A DNA stretch of 63,763 nucleotides, filler included, from Octopus bimaculoides (Eukaryota), in the NCBI RefSeq assembly GCF_001194135.2. It is 4 parts of 4 records of this genome, joined end to end, with 100 filler letters (N's around TTAATTAATTAA, not from the genome) between each part and the next. Parts side by side here need not be neighbours in the genome. Positions count along the whole stretch, not along the records: positions 1 to 21,358 come from NC_068982.1; positions 21,459 to 52,997 come from NC_068984.1; 2 more parts are not named here. The stretch is one strand, 5' to 3'. Both the position numbers and the translations under genes were made by a program. Shown here piece after piece: positions 12,101 to 23,559 of the stretch. Under the pieces are notes generated by a model that worked only from the letters and a program-made list of their open reading frames with translations, did no database searches and was not told the origin of the DNA. The first letter of the stretch is position 1, and each line of letters begins with the position of its first letter.

Positions 12101-12208
12101 CAAGTTATTGTGAGAATCTCAATGCAGTTGCTCAACCTATCACAAATAACAACCAGATTTCCCTACAAGCCAAACTCCATCATCATAAGATAAGGAAGGA
12201 CATAGCTG
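12101..12208 (+). CDS. Candidate internal exon, phase 1-1, 108 nt (SYCENLNAVAQPITNNNQISLQAKLHHHKIRKDIA), unknown protein
   Basis: Acceptor TTTTTACACTTTCTTCTTCTGTTGGGCAG, donor CTG|GTAATT, stop-free frame, non-repeat sequence; no homology recognised. Confidence 0.35.
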
Positions 12209-12864
12209 GTAATTTATTTCAGTGTGCCTCTAAAAGGATGGGATGGTCACAAAAAGAATGTCTTTGTTCAAAGGTTTACTCAATCAATGTTAAGACCCGA
12301 GGCCAAACAACAACCACTATTAGGCAACTCTTTTATATTTCATGGCTCTTGACATCTTTTGTAATACTATTTTCTAGTTTTATTTTTAATTATTATATTT
12401 TCATTTACTATGCTCTACTGAATAGGAATTGTCTTTTGTAGAGAAATTTCAATATTTTCCATTGAATTCTAGGAGTGTTTTGATGTCTAAATTTCTTCCT
12501 AAGGCTAAAATATTTTAAACGATTTTTCTTGAATAGTCAATAGAGGAGTGCTTTCTTAAATTTCAATATTTATCTTTCTTCATTTCTTTGCAATCTTCTA
12601 GTGTATTTTCAATAGCAGCAAAAATGAACGTTTTAGTTATTAAGAAAAGTAAACAGGACTTTCCTGTCATCTGGGAAGCAGCTATGTTTACTTTGCGGAA
12701 AAAGCATATATAAGGGATTTCATACAGTTTACCTAATGTAAACCATGGACTCACAAGAGATGTAGTATAGTCACAGGCAGATTAATGTCAAAGAATGAAT
12801 ATATCATAAGTGACAGATGCACAGGAGTGGTCAGCATTCAGAGAACCAGTAAAATAAATTTGTT

Positions 12865-12912
12865 CAAATACTTGAAATACTTCAAATACTTCAAATACTT
12901 CAAATACTTGAA
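12865..12912. repeat. 9-bp minisatellite (CAAATACTT/GAAATACTT) x5
   Basis: Directly visible tandem. Confidence 0.85.
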
Positions 12913-14100
12913 AGGGTCCTTAGAAGTTAAAATGTAAGGTAAAAACACACTTCAATCATGAATGACCATAGGATTTCACCTAGAAAGTTACCCTCCGAGG
13001 CACAAGTCTGGGCAAGGTTGTTTATGGAAGACCAGTAGTTGCCCATACATACCAGCCTCTCCTCTCCATACCACCAATGTTATCCAAGGGAAAGGGAAAG
13101 GCCTATACAGCTTGACACCAGTGACATTGTAACCCATTTCTGCAACTGAGTGAATTGGAGCATTATGAAATAAAGTGTCTTGCTCAAGAACTCAATGCAC
13201 AGCCCTGTCTTGGAATCAAATTTACTATCTCATGATTGTGAGCCTGATGCCTTCACTCCTTAGAATTAGTCAGTAACTTATATGACTTATGTAACCTCAT
13301 TAACAGTAGAAGTGAGTACTCTGAAAGCCAAATAACCAGAACTTGAATGGTATGAAGGAAAGAAATGAAGCAAGCAGGCTCAGTGAGGTTACTGAGCCTC
13401 ACAAAGGAGATAAGAGAGGAGGAGAACAAGTGGTCTGACACTCCACTGGGAAAGAAATCATTATTTGAAGTCTTTGCTTTCAGACCTTCTGAGGTCTGGT
13501 CGTTGACCACACAGAAAAAGGCGGTGAGCTTATCTGTATTTCGTCTGTCTTTACGTTCTGAATTCAAATTCCGCTGAGGTCGACTTTGCCTTTCATCCTT
13601 TCGGGGGTCGATTGTTTGTCCCCTCTATGTTTAGCCCCTAGTGGGTAATAAAGAAATAAAAAATCATTATTTGCATTGTGTACACTGATATCTGAAATGA
13701 TGTTATGCATGTTTATTCTTAACATGTTCCTGCATATTTGAACATAAATATGCTAGTCACTATTGTGTATGTCACAGGAGAAAAACTTCTCCCTTTCATG
13801 ATGACAGATTTTTTTTTTTTCTCACAACACACTTAGCTCATTGAGGCAAGGGATTCTGGGACAATATGTTTTGACATGTTGTGTCTTGTCAACAAGAAAC
13901 ACCTGGCTCTACTGGAAATGACCCATCAAACTCATGCAAACATGAAAAAAAACAGATGATGATGATGATGATGACGACGACGGTGGCGGCAGAGGTGCCG
14001 ATGGTGGCGGTGGTGGTGGTGGGTAATGGTGGTACAGTATACTGGAGAACTAATTTTTCCTCTTGAAATACATAATATTTTTCATATGTTGTTTTCATAG

Positions 14101-14123
14101 ACATCTGGCCTTTTTCGTACTGG
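14101..14123 (+). CDS. Candidate 23-nt microexon, phase 1-0 (D-IWPFSYW)
   Basis: Acceptor TTTTTCATATGTTGTTTTCATAG, donor TGG|GTGAGT; in frame with the 12101-12208 candidate. Confidence 0.4.
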
Positions 14124-14512
14124 GTGAGTGATAGGGGCAGTCTGCTATACTCTATCATGATCATTTCCAGTAGATTTACTGGAAATATCTATTTTTGTTT
14201 TGGCTCATCATTTAAGAATGGAAGATTACATTGCAAAACTGAAACCAACCTACTGTTAATTGAATTAGGTAGGCCTAAAGCATTAACTTTTATGTTTAAT
14301 AATAGATTAACATCATTATTAACACCTTAATAATTTTGTAGTATATATTATAGCACTACAAACTAATAAGAGAACCTCTATATAATTTATTGTTTGCTAG
14401 AAATATGAGTCAAAATCTCCCTTAACACTTCAGCATCTAAACTATTCTACCTGTTTTATATTCAAACTGGCCGGATCCACTTTTACCCCTACCCTATAAT
14501 GTTATTCTAAAA

Positions 14513-14663
14513 ATACATTATTTACATTATTTACATTCAACGGATATTTGTCCTCATCTTGTTTGTTGTTAACACAACATTTTGGCTGATATACCCTCCA
14601 GTCTTCTTCAGGTATCTTGGGGAAATTTCGAACCTGAGTTCTCATTCTTAAGGTATTTTTCGA

Positions 14664-14665
<2 letters not shown>
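14513..14665 (-). mobile_element. Penelope-like element 3' end / pLTR fragment with degenerate hammerhead motif, next to a (TAA)n tract
   Basis: Minus CCTGAAGAAGACTGGAGGGTATATCAGCCAAAATGTTGTG = CTGAnGA, helix II, (G)AAA; short tandem tail AAATAATGT. Confidence 0.5.
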
Positions 14666-14726
<61 letters not shown>

Positions 14727-14748
14727 CATCATCATTATTATTATTGTT

Positions 14749-14823
14749 AGTGTTCAGGTCACTGCTTGGAATCGAACTCGGAATCTTGGGGTAGAAGCCT
14801 GTGCTCTTAACCACTACGCCATA
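14749..14823 (-). mobile_element. Short tRNA-derived SINE head with (TAA)n tail
   Basis: TGGCGTAGTGGTTAAG (A box) and GAGTTCGATTCC (B box) without a complete acceptor stem, followed by (TAA)n. Confidence 0.6.
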
Positions 14824-15206
14824 TAATGATAATAATAATAATAATAACATGGAAAAATACCCTAGGAATGAGAACCCATAGATAGATAGATAGATAGATA
14901 GATAGTATCAAAATCATGAGAATATTCAATTGGCAGCTGATGATGGAAATTTCCCACTGATGTAAAGTGTATTTTCCATTCTCCCATTAAATGCCCCTGC
15001 TTGTTGTCACTATTCCATTTTAATTGACCCAATTTCATTTTTATTTAATTAATTATTTTTATTGTTCATTGTTATGGTATATGAATAAAAGGTCAATTAG
15101 ATCTTGTACAAAGAGATACTGTTTTTCTAAGTAGTTGTCTTAACATACTTAATCCAGTTACATAGTTACAACCAGTGCTGGATTTAACATTGTGCTTAGT
15201 TACAAC

Positions 15207-15399
15207 CAGTGCTGGATTTACCATTGTGCACAGGGCTCCGTTGACCAAAGGGACCCTATTCCTGCCCACCCAAATTTTTTATGATGAATTTTTCAAATGC
15301 CAAATGTTCAAATAAGGGGCTTCAAATGTCAAACATTCCTAGTAAAGGGGCTCACAACTTAACTAGCACTGGGCCTCATTTGTCCTAAATCTAGCACTG
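15207..15399. mobile_element. hAT-type MITE with perfect 8-bp TSD
   Basis: TIR CAGTGCTGGATTTA / TAAATCTAGCACTG; TSD GTTACAAC at 15199-15206 and 15400-15407. Confidence 0.85.
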
Positions 15400-17015
15400 G
15401 TTACAACCATGGTGAGAAGAAAGAATCATTAGCTTATAAATTCTGGTCAAGAAATTCAAGAGTGAGACTGATCTTGGCAATATAGTGACAACTTCAGATA
15501 TGTTTCAGTCTTATTGGATCTCATTAGTACTGTATAATTTTACTAGCATTTAAGCTACTTTTGGCAAGAACTTAGGATTGTGTCACTCCTCCTTTAAATT
15601 TCATTCCAACTTAGTCTATTCCATGAAAACAGTTCTTTTCCTTCAAATTGGCCGTTAAATGCAATAAGGGTATTAGGGTGGCAAGCTGGCAGAATCATTA
15701 GTGGCATTTCATTTGTCTTTATGTTCTGAGTTCAAATTCTGTTGAGGTTGACTTTGCCTTTCATCCTTTTGGGGGTCGGTAAAATAAGTACCAGTTGAGA
15801 ACTGGAGTCAATGTAATCGACTTACCACCACCCCAAAATTGCTGCCTTTATTTTTAACAGTCAAGGCAGACATACTGGCAAAATGATATCTTATTATTAT
15901 TATTTTTAGTAGCAGCAGTAGTAGTAGTTGTAGCAGCAGCAGCAGTATCAGTAGTAGTAGTCGTAGTAGTAGTAGTAGTATATAACTCTCATAGTGTGAA
16001 GACATCTCTTCGTTTTTCTCTTTGAAACTTGATTTATTCAAGTATTAAAAGAGTACAATTGGCAAAGGAAGGCTTTCCCTCAATACTTGAAGATAGACAA
16101 AAAAAAAAAAAAAATTATGTTTCAAAAACTTCTAATATTTTATTTCCACATATTACAACTTCACATCAAAGATGGCTACACTCACAATGAAACACTAAAA
16201 TAACAAACACATGTGCACACATGCATGAATACTCAAAAAATATAAAACACACAACTGAAAGTATTAAAAAAAAAAAGGAAGCAAATGAACAGTTTAGAGA
16301 ACAATTAATGGCAGAAAATGCCCCATATACACAAATATGTAATCTTGAAAATGGCAACATTGACATGAGCAATAGTAGAAACAGCTCTTTCAGAAGATCA
16401 AATAGTGCAATTCAGTCATGAGTAATTGGGTGATGGCAAACCTTTTAATACATAATGAATATAAGCATAGGCATAACTGTGTGGGAATAACTTTATCCTT
16501 CTCAGCTGTATGGTTCTAGGTTTGGTTGTTCCACTCTGTGACACCTTGGAGAGGTGTCATCTTTTATAGCCTCAGGCCAACCAAAGCCTTATGAATGGAT
16601 TTGGTAGCTGGAAGCTAAAAGAAGCCTATTGTAACTCATCATCACCATTTAATGTCTGTTTCCCATGCTGGCATGGGTTGGACAGCTTGATGGGAACTGG
16701 TGAGGCCAAAGACACAACAGGTTCCATAGTCTGTTTTGGCTTGATTTTTATGGCTCGCTGCCCTTCCTGATGCTCACATATGTGTTTGTTCTCCCATCAC
16801 CCCTTGGCAACTGGTATTGGTGTGTTTACGTCTCCTTAACTTAATGAGAGACCGATAGATTAAGTACCAGGCTTACAAAATATAAGTCCTAGGTTGATTT
16901 CTTCGACTAAAAAACCCTTAAGAATAAAAGAATATATACATATATTCTTTTATTCTTTTACTAAAGAACAATACTCCCTAGAACAATACTCTGTGCAAAA
17001 CCCCAAAATATGGCA

Positions 17016-17052
17016 CCCTAATCCTAACCCTAACCCTAACCCTAATCCTAAC
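17016..17052. repeat. Short interstitial (CCCTAA)n telomere-like tract
   Basis: CCCTAATCCTAACCCTAACCCTAACCCTAATCCTAAC. Confidence 0.75.
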
Positions 17053-17204
17053 TTGAACTTCTAACTTGTTGTCTCTTGAGGGCTCTGGTCGAGACTTGGA
17101 GTCAACTTGTACAAATATAAAGCAAAAGCTAAATATATAATACTACTACTAATAATGATGATAAAGATGGAAGAAATATATTTTGCAATATTTCCATAAC
17201 ACAG

Positions 17205-17261
17205 GATGAGTATCTTCTACTGCCACCACCACCACCACCACTTGAAAATATATCACATTGA
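17205..17261 (+). CDS. Candidate terminal coding exon (DEYLLLPPPPPPLENISH*)
   Basis: Acceptor TATTTTGCAATATTTCCATAACACAG; phase 0 matches the microexon; TGA 17259-17261; AATAAA at 17805-17810; the Pro run is a (CCA)6 microsatellite. Confidence 0.25.
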   Translation, partial: DEYLLLPPPPPPLENISH

Positions 17262-17319
17262 CCAACAGTTGGAGAGTTGCTTGCACCATCTGCTACTGCT
17301 GCTAACCCAAACGCTGAGC

Positions 17320-17795
17320 TCTCTTTACTCTCTCTTTTACTTGTTTCAGTCATTTGACTGTGGCCATGCTGGAGCACCACCTTTAGTCGAGCAAATCGAC
17401 CCCCGGGACTTATTCTTTGTAANNNNNNNNNNGCCATGCTGGAGCACCACCTTTAGTCGAGCAAATCGACCCCCGGGACTTATTCTTTGTAAGCCTAGTA
17501 CCTATTCTATCGGTCTCTTTTGCCGAACTGCTAAGTGATGGGGACAGAAACACACCAGCATCGGTTGTCAAACAATGCTAGGGGGGACAAACACAGACAC
17601 ACAAACACACACACACACACATATGTACATATATACGACTGGCTTCTTTCAGTTTCCGTCTGCCAAATCCACTCACAAGGCTTCGGTCGGCCCGAAACTA
17701 TAGTAGAAGACACTTGCCCAAGGTGCCATGCAGTGGGACTGAACCCGGAACCATGTGGTTGGTAAGCAGGCTACTTACCACACAGCCACTCCTGC
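17320..17795 (-). mobile_element. SINE family A copy containing a 10-N gap with duplicated flanks
   Basis: Reverse complement of the family A consensus. Confidence 0.85.
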
Positions 17796-18396
17796 ACTAT
17801 TTAAAATAAAATAATGAAATTGATGTAACTAGATATTTCTTTAACTGCTTCTTTCTGAAGATAGGCATTTGCACCTAAAATATAAAGGTTTTGTAAAATT
17901 TTCTGCATTGTCCAAAGCTTTCTTTATTTACCTTTTCTTTTTCTACTGCTATATATGTATGTATACATGCATACACACACAAACACACACACACACACAT
18001 TCATATTTATTATCAATATGTCTGTATGCATGCATGTTAGCATACAAGCCAGAAGAAGGCAGCAAGAAATAGAGAAGCGAAGAGAGAGACAAAGAGAGAG
18101 AGAGAGAGCAGCTGGAAAATAAAGATATTTTATCATTGAGTCTATAATACAAACCTCTTCCCAGACACTTGTTTGCAATCAACAACAGATTTAAAAGGTT
18201 TCCAGCTTTGACACTTGAACATAATATAAAAGTAAATAAAATTGAATTCTGAGGGAAAAAAAAATATTGAAGTAGCAATTGCAATGAAAGCTAATTCTTG
18301 TTGTTATTGTAACTACTACTACTACTGCTGCTGCTGCTGCCGCTTCTGCTACTACTACTACTACTACTACTAATAATAATAATAATAATAATAATA

Positions 18397-18790
18397 GTAA
18401 AATGCTTTCTAATTGATGTATCAATACCAGCAGATGACAACGTTTCTCTAAAAGAAATGGAAAAACTTTCAAAATACAAAGACCTGGAAATAGAGATAAC
18501 TCGAATGTGGAATCTAAAAACAGAAACAATTCCTATCATAGTAGGTGCCTTAGGTATAATAAAAAAATATTCAGACAAATACATAACAAAAATAGCAGGA
18601 CTTACAAATATATATAACATACAGAAAATTGCACTACTGGGTACTGCACACATCCTACGCAAAACACTTTCAATACAGTAAACATAAGAGCACCACAGCA
18701 AACCACAGCACATACCCATGGCGCACAGAGCTGCGCTCGGTAGTGAAGTGAAAGCACGTTATAAAAATTAAAAAAAATAAAACTACTGAA
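18397..18790 (+). mobile_element. 5'-truncated R4/Dong-clade non-LTR retrotransposon (RLE C-terminus plus 3' UTR) inside (TAA)n
   Basis: KCFLIDVSIPADDNVSLKEMEKLSKYKDLEIEITRMWNLKTETIPIIVGALG...KIALLGTAHILRKTLSIQ*; (TAA)n on both sides. Confidence 0.85.
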
Positions 18791-19054
18791 TAATAATAAT
18801 AATAATAATGATAATAATAATATTGCTACTGCTGCCACCACTACCACCTCTGCCACCACAAACACCACCACAACCACCACCACCACCACCACCACCACCA
18901 CAACTACTACTACTACTACTACTGCTACTAATAATAATAATAATAATGATAACAATAATAATAATAATAATAATAAATATGATATTACTACCGCTACTGC
19001 TGCTGCTGTCGCCACCACTACCTCTGCCACCACAAACACCACCACAACCACCAT

Positions 19055-19088
<34 letters not shown>

Positions 19089-19089
19089 G

Positions 19090-19128
<39 letters not shown>

Positions 19129-20164
19129 GTAGTAATAGTAGTAGTGATAATGATGGTATTGTTATTAATGATGATGATGTTTCTTACATTGATATTAGAT
19201 ATTTAATGACAAAGAAGCAAGATTAATTGTGCATATTTGTGTTTGCAAGTCTCAGTACATCAGTGTGTGCATGCTCACATCTGGCATATGCGTGCACACC
19301 CATGTGTGCATGCACACAAACAGTTTGGATTGATAAAGAAGTGTCTACGTAATATACCATGGAAACCCCAGAGTCACAGGATGCTGGACTGGCCTAAATA
19401 AACTACTGTATTTTGCATCACTGTATCATTGCATTGACCGCACTATCAGCTGTTGTTATACACCACTGGTCACAATGTTCTTCCTTGCATTGTTTTATCC
19501 ATCAAACGGTGCTACCCTGCTGATGTGGAGGTGAGTGGCTTATTGGTTAGGGTATTGGACTCATGATCATAAGATTGTGGTTTCGATTCCTGGACCAAGA
19601 GATGTGTTGTGTTCTTGAGCAAAAATGAATAATCCTGCAACAGACCAGCATCCCATCTTTATGGGGAATATATATGCCATGAAACCAGGAAACTGGCCCT
19701 TATGAATCCCTATGACTTGTGAAGGTAATTTTACCTACCCCCCTGATGCCATTTGAAGTCAGTTGAATGACATCAGACACAAGCCTTTTAATACACAAGT
19801 TCTCTTGTGTGTATGAGTGAGTGTATATATTGGTGTATGCATGGGTGAGTGGTTAAGGAGTCAACTTCAGAATCAAATGATTAAGTGTTTTATCTCATTT
19901 TGTGAATGTTGTTGGCTGGTGTTCTATGTTATGTTGACTGGTGTTCTACATTATGGCGGTGCCATAGCCAATGAGGTTTATCCAAGGCGTGGTTATTGCT
20001 AGTTAAAATTATGCCCCTAAGTTGACCAATGCCTTATGAGTGAAATTGTAGACAGAAACTGAAGAATCCTCACACACACACACACACACATGCACATTTC
20101 ATTTCACTTACAGCCTGCTTTCCATGGTGGCATAGGTTAGATGACCATGTTCCAGTCTGTTTTG

Positions 20165-20375
20165 GCTTGGTTTCTTATTTCTTTATTGCCCACAAGGGGC
20201 TAAACATAGAGGGGACAAACATAGGGGTTAAGTCGATTACATCGACCCCAGTGCGTAACTGGTACTTAATTTATCGACCCTGAAAGGATGAAAGGCAAAG
20301 TCGACCTCGGCGGAATTTAAACTCAGAATGTAACGACAGACGAAATACTGCTAACGTTTCTGCCAGCTCGCCGAC
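20165..20375 (-). mobile_element. tRNA-derived SINE family B
   Basis: Minus GGCGAGCTGGCAGAAACGTTAG...GAGTTTAAATTCCGCCGAGGTCGACTTTGCCTTTCATCC; many copies (13520, 15665, 23010, 29720, 36945, 43320, 45420-46610, 52540-52900, 57715, 58490). Confidence 0.85.
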
Positions 20376-20377
20376 CT

Positions 20378-20990
20378 TTGACTTGGTTTCTATGGCTGGA
20401 TGTCCTTCCTAATGCTAACCAATCCACAGAGTGTATCTGGTACCTTCTACGTGTCATCAGCATGGATGCATTTCATGTGTCACCAGCAATGGCCACAACT
20501 ATGATTTCACTAAGCTTGATGTGTCTTCTCAAGCACAGCAAATCACCAAAAGACTCAGTCACTTATCATCACTGCCATGAAACAACATTTGAAGATCATG
20601 TTTCACTATCTCATCTCACCTATTCCAGGATCTACCATTTCCACAGTTTCCCTTCACATTTAAAAGATCACTTCTTTAAAAGCAGAAGTCTTCATCCATA
20701 CACATCACATGACCATACCAGTGCAGTCTTCTCTCTTGCACACTTTATCTGATGCCTCTTATACTCAATTTTTCTCTTACTATGTTGTACATGCACTCTG
20801 ACATTGTACATCCAGCAGAGTATACTAACTTCTTTTCTTTCAAGTCTTCACATAGACTCAGCAGTCACAACCCGTGTTTCACTGTCATGTAGCATGGCTG
20901 TTTGCACACAAGCATTGTACAATCTGTCTTTCAATCTGTCCTTTGTTACCAATAAAGGTAGAAGCTCTCTGAACTTCACCCAGCCTGTTT
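20378..20990 (-). mobile_element. Degraded RTE LINE: end of RT ORF plus 3' UTR
   Basis: Minus TGWVKFRELLPLLVTKD...RLYNACVQTAMLHDSET...RLERKEVSILCWMYNV; followed by a family-R-like tail. Confidence 0.75.
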
Positions 20991-21004
20991 TATATATACA
21001 TACT

Positions 21005-21037
<33 letters not shown>

Positions 21038-21039
21038 GT

Positions 21040-21358
21040 AACTACCTCGTCGACGAGTGACAGGGACCTTCTCTTTGTGGCTGGAGACTTCAACGGTCAT
21101 GTCGGACGTCGTGCTGGGGGCTTCCATGGCATACATGGAGGCTATGGCTTCGGTTCCCGCAACGAGGAGGGAACCAGACTGCTGGAGTTCTGGGATGCAA
21201 CCAATCTTATGGTCTGCAATACCAACTTCAGGAAACCTGCCAGTCACCTAGTCACCTACCGCTCCGGCAGACACTCTAGCCAAATCGACTACATCCTCGC
21301 CAGAAATAGGGAAAGAGGGCGGCTTATAAATGCCAAAACCTACCCTGGCGAAGAATGT
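21040..21358 (+). mobile_element. RTE-clade LINE apurinic-type endonuclease fragment, open frame up to the gap
   Basis: LFVAGDFNGHVG...GYGFGSRNEEGTRLLEF...NLMVCNTNFRK..HLVTYRSG...SQIDYIL: APE motifs GDFN, NT.F and IDY. Confidence 0.9.
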
Positions 21359-21402
21359 NNNNNNNNNNNNNNNNNNNNNNNNNNNNNNNNNNNNNNNNNN
21401 NN

Positions 21403-21414
21403 TTAATTAATTAA
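21403..21414. other. Artificial scaffold spacer TTAATTAATTAA in N-runs (also 53042-53053 and 61116-61127)
   Basis: Identical six-frame-stop 12-mer centred in about 100 nt of N three times. Confidence 0.9.
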
Positions 21415-21531
21415 NNNNNNNNNNNNNNNNNNNNNNNNNNNNNNNNNNNNNNNNNNNNTATGCATGTGTTCTGTGAAAATATTACATTAATATCTAATAA
21501 CGTGTCATGATGTAGCACAAAACGGAAGCAT

Positions 21532-21595
<64 letters not shown>

Positions 21596-21699
21596 CAGCA
21601 GCAGCAGCAGAAGCAGAAGCAACAGCAGCAGTAGTAGTAGTAGTAGTGTGATAGTGGTACCGGTGATAGTGGTGGAAAGCGAGTAATGAGAGGGATACT

Positions 21700-22502
21700 C
21701 TCTCTTTACTCTTTTACTTGTTTCGGTCATTTGACTGCGGCCATGCTGGAACACCGCCTTTAGTCGAATCAAATCGACCCCAGGACTTATTCTTTGTAAG
21801 TCCTAGTACTTATTCTATCGGTCTCTTTTGCCGAACCGCTAAGTTACGGGGACGTAAACACACCAGCATCGGTTGTCAAGCGTTGTTTGGGGAACAAACA
21901 CAGATACACAAGATATACAAACGCATACATATATACATATATACAACGGGCTTCTTTCAGTTTCCGTCTACCAAATCCACTCACAAGGCTTTGGTCGGCC
22001 CGAGGCTATAGTAGAAGACACTTGCCCAAGGTGCCACGCAGTGGGATTGAACCCGGAACCATGGAAGAAAGGAAAGAGACACGTATATGTAGGATATTTC
22101 TTTCGGTTCTCTTTTAAGATTTCGCTTCTGTACAGTAAGCCACATTTGCAGCTGTAAGATTACGGGTTGAGTTGGCTTTGATTTGCTTCTGGATACCTGT
22201 TAGATACTGCTCGCTCAGTTACCATTGCTGTCAATTCTGAAAACATCCAGTATTAATTGTTGTCTTTCTCATTATAAAAATCTTTTCTGTGTTTTTTTCT
22301 TTTCTATCAGCTACAGGCGCAAGAGTGGCTGTGTGGTAAGTAGCTTGCTTACCAACCACATGGTTCCGGGTTCAGTCCCACTGAGTGGCACCTTGGGCAA
22401 GTGTCTTCTGCTATAGCCTCGGGCCGACCAAGGCCTTGTGAGTGGATTTGGTAGACGGAAACTGAAAGAAGCCCGTCGTATATATGTATATATATGTGTA
22501 TA

Positions 22503-22550
<48 letters not shown>

Positions 22551-22868
22551 TATGTTTGTCCTCCCNNNNNNNNNNNNNNNNNNNNNNNNNNNNNNNNNNN
22601 NNNNNNNNNNNNNNNNNNNNNNNNNNNNNNNNNNNNNNNNNNNNNNNNNNNNNNNNNNNNNNNNNNNNNNNNNNNNNNNNNNNNNNNNNNNNNNNNNNNN
22701 NNNNNNNNNNNNNNNNNNNNNNNNNNNNNNNNNNNNNNNNNNNNNNNNNNNNNNNNNNNNNNNNNNNNNNNNNNNNTAAAGAATAAGTCCTGGGGTCGAT
22801 ATTCTCGACTAAAAGCGGTGCTCCAGCATGGCCGCAGTCAAATGACTGAAACAAGTAAAAGAGTAGAG
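21700..22868. mobile_element. Head-to-head pair of SINE family A copies (- 21700-22065; + 22313-22868)
   Basis: Both match the family A consensus with CpGs retained. Confidence 0.85.
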
Positions 22869-23559
22869 TAATAACTCCGATCAATCCTCTGCAGATGTAC
22901 GGTACAAATATTTTCTGCTCCTTTCCATATAAATCCAGCATTTTGTGTATGAGTGACATCAATAAAAAAGAGATCGTATCAGACATCTGCCTCTTTATTT
23001 ATTGGTTTCAAAATTTGGCACAAGGCCGGCAATTTTCGGAGAGTGTGAGTCGATTACATCGAACCAAGTGCTTAACTGGTACTTATTTTATCGACGCCGA
23101 CGGCATTTGAATGCAGAACATAAAAACGGATGAAACGCCGCTGAGCATTTTACTCGGTGCGGTAACGATTCTGCCAGCTCGCTGCTACCTGAATGTTCCC
23201 ATAGTTATTGAGTACTTTCACTTTATGCTACATAACGAGGATCTGGAATCTGCCAACGAAAATAGAAAAGCTATTAATGTTGGAGACAATTGCATAACAT
23301 GCCAAGTATATAGGGCAGGAGATTCTTGAACGACATGCTTTAAGTGAGAGACAGCATGTCTTTGGTTCTTTCAGCGAAGAAAGTTTGATTGTTTTCATGG
23401 TAGGCTCTCTTCTAAAAGAAATAAAAGATCAGTGGTCAAATCCATAACAGATTTAGGGACATTATTCAACTGAGGAACATATTTTTAACTTCCTCGTATA
23501 CTCGCCTATGCATGGCAAAATGATTCAACTGGCACCTTGAGAAATTGTCTCTTCTAGTA

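Noticed and set aside
16221-16421. 66-aa ORF MHEYSKNIKHTTES...
   Set aside because: No acceptor, stop just upstream, no recognisable domain
17320-17480. Apparent tandem duplications across 10-N gaps (also 32035-32150, 55805-56420, 57000-57420)
   Set aside because: Overlapping contig ends or two haplotypes placed side by side; most likely assembly artefacts
21403-21414. TTAATTAATTAA repeated three times in the window
   Set aside because: Synthetic six-frame-stop spacer inside N-runs, not biological
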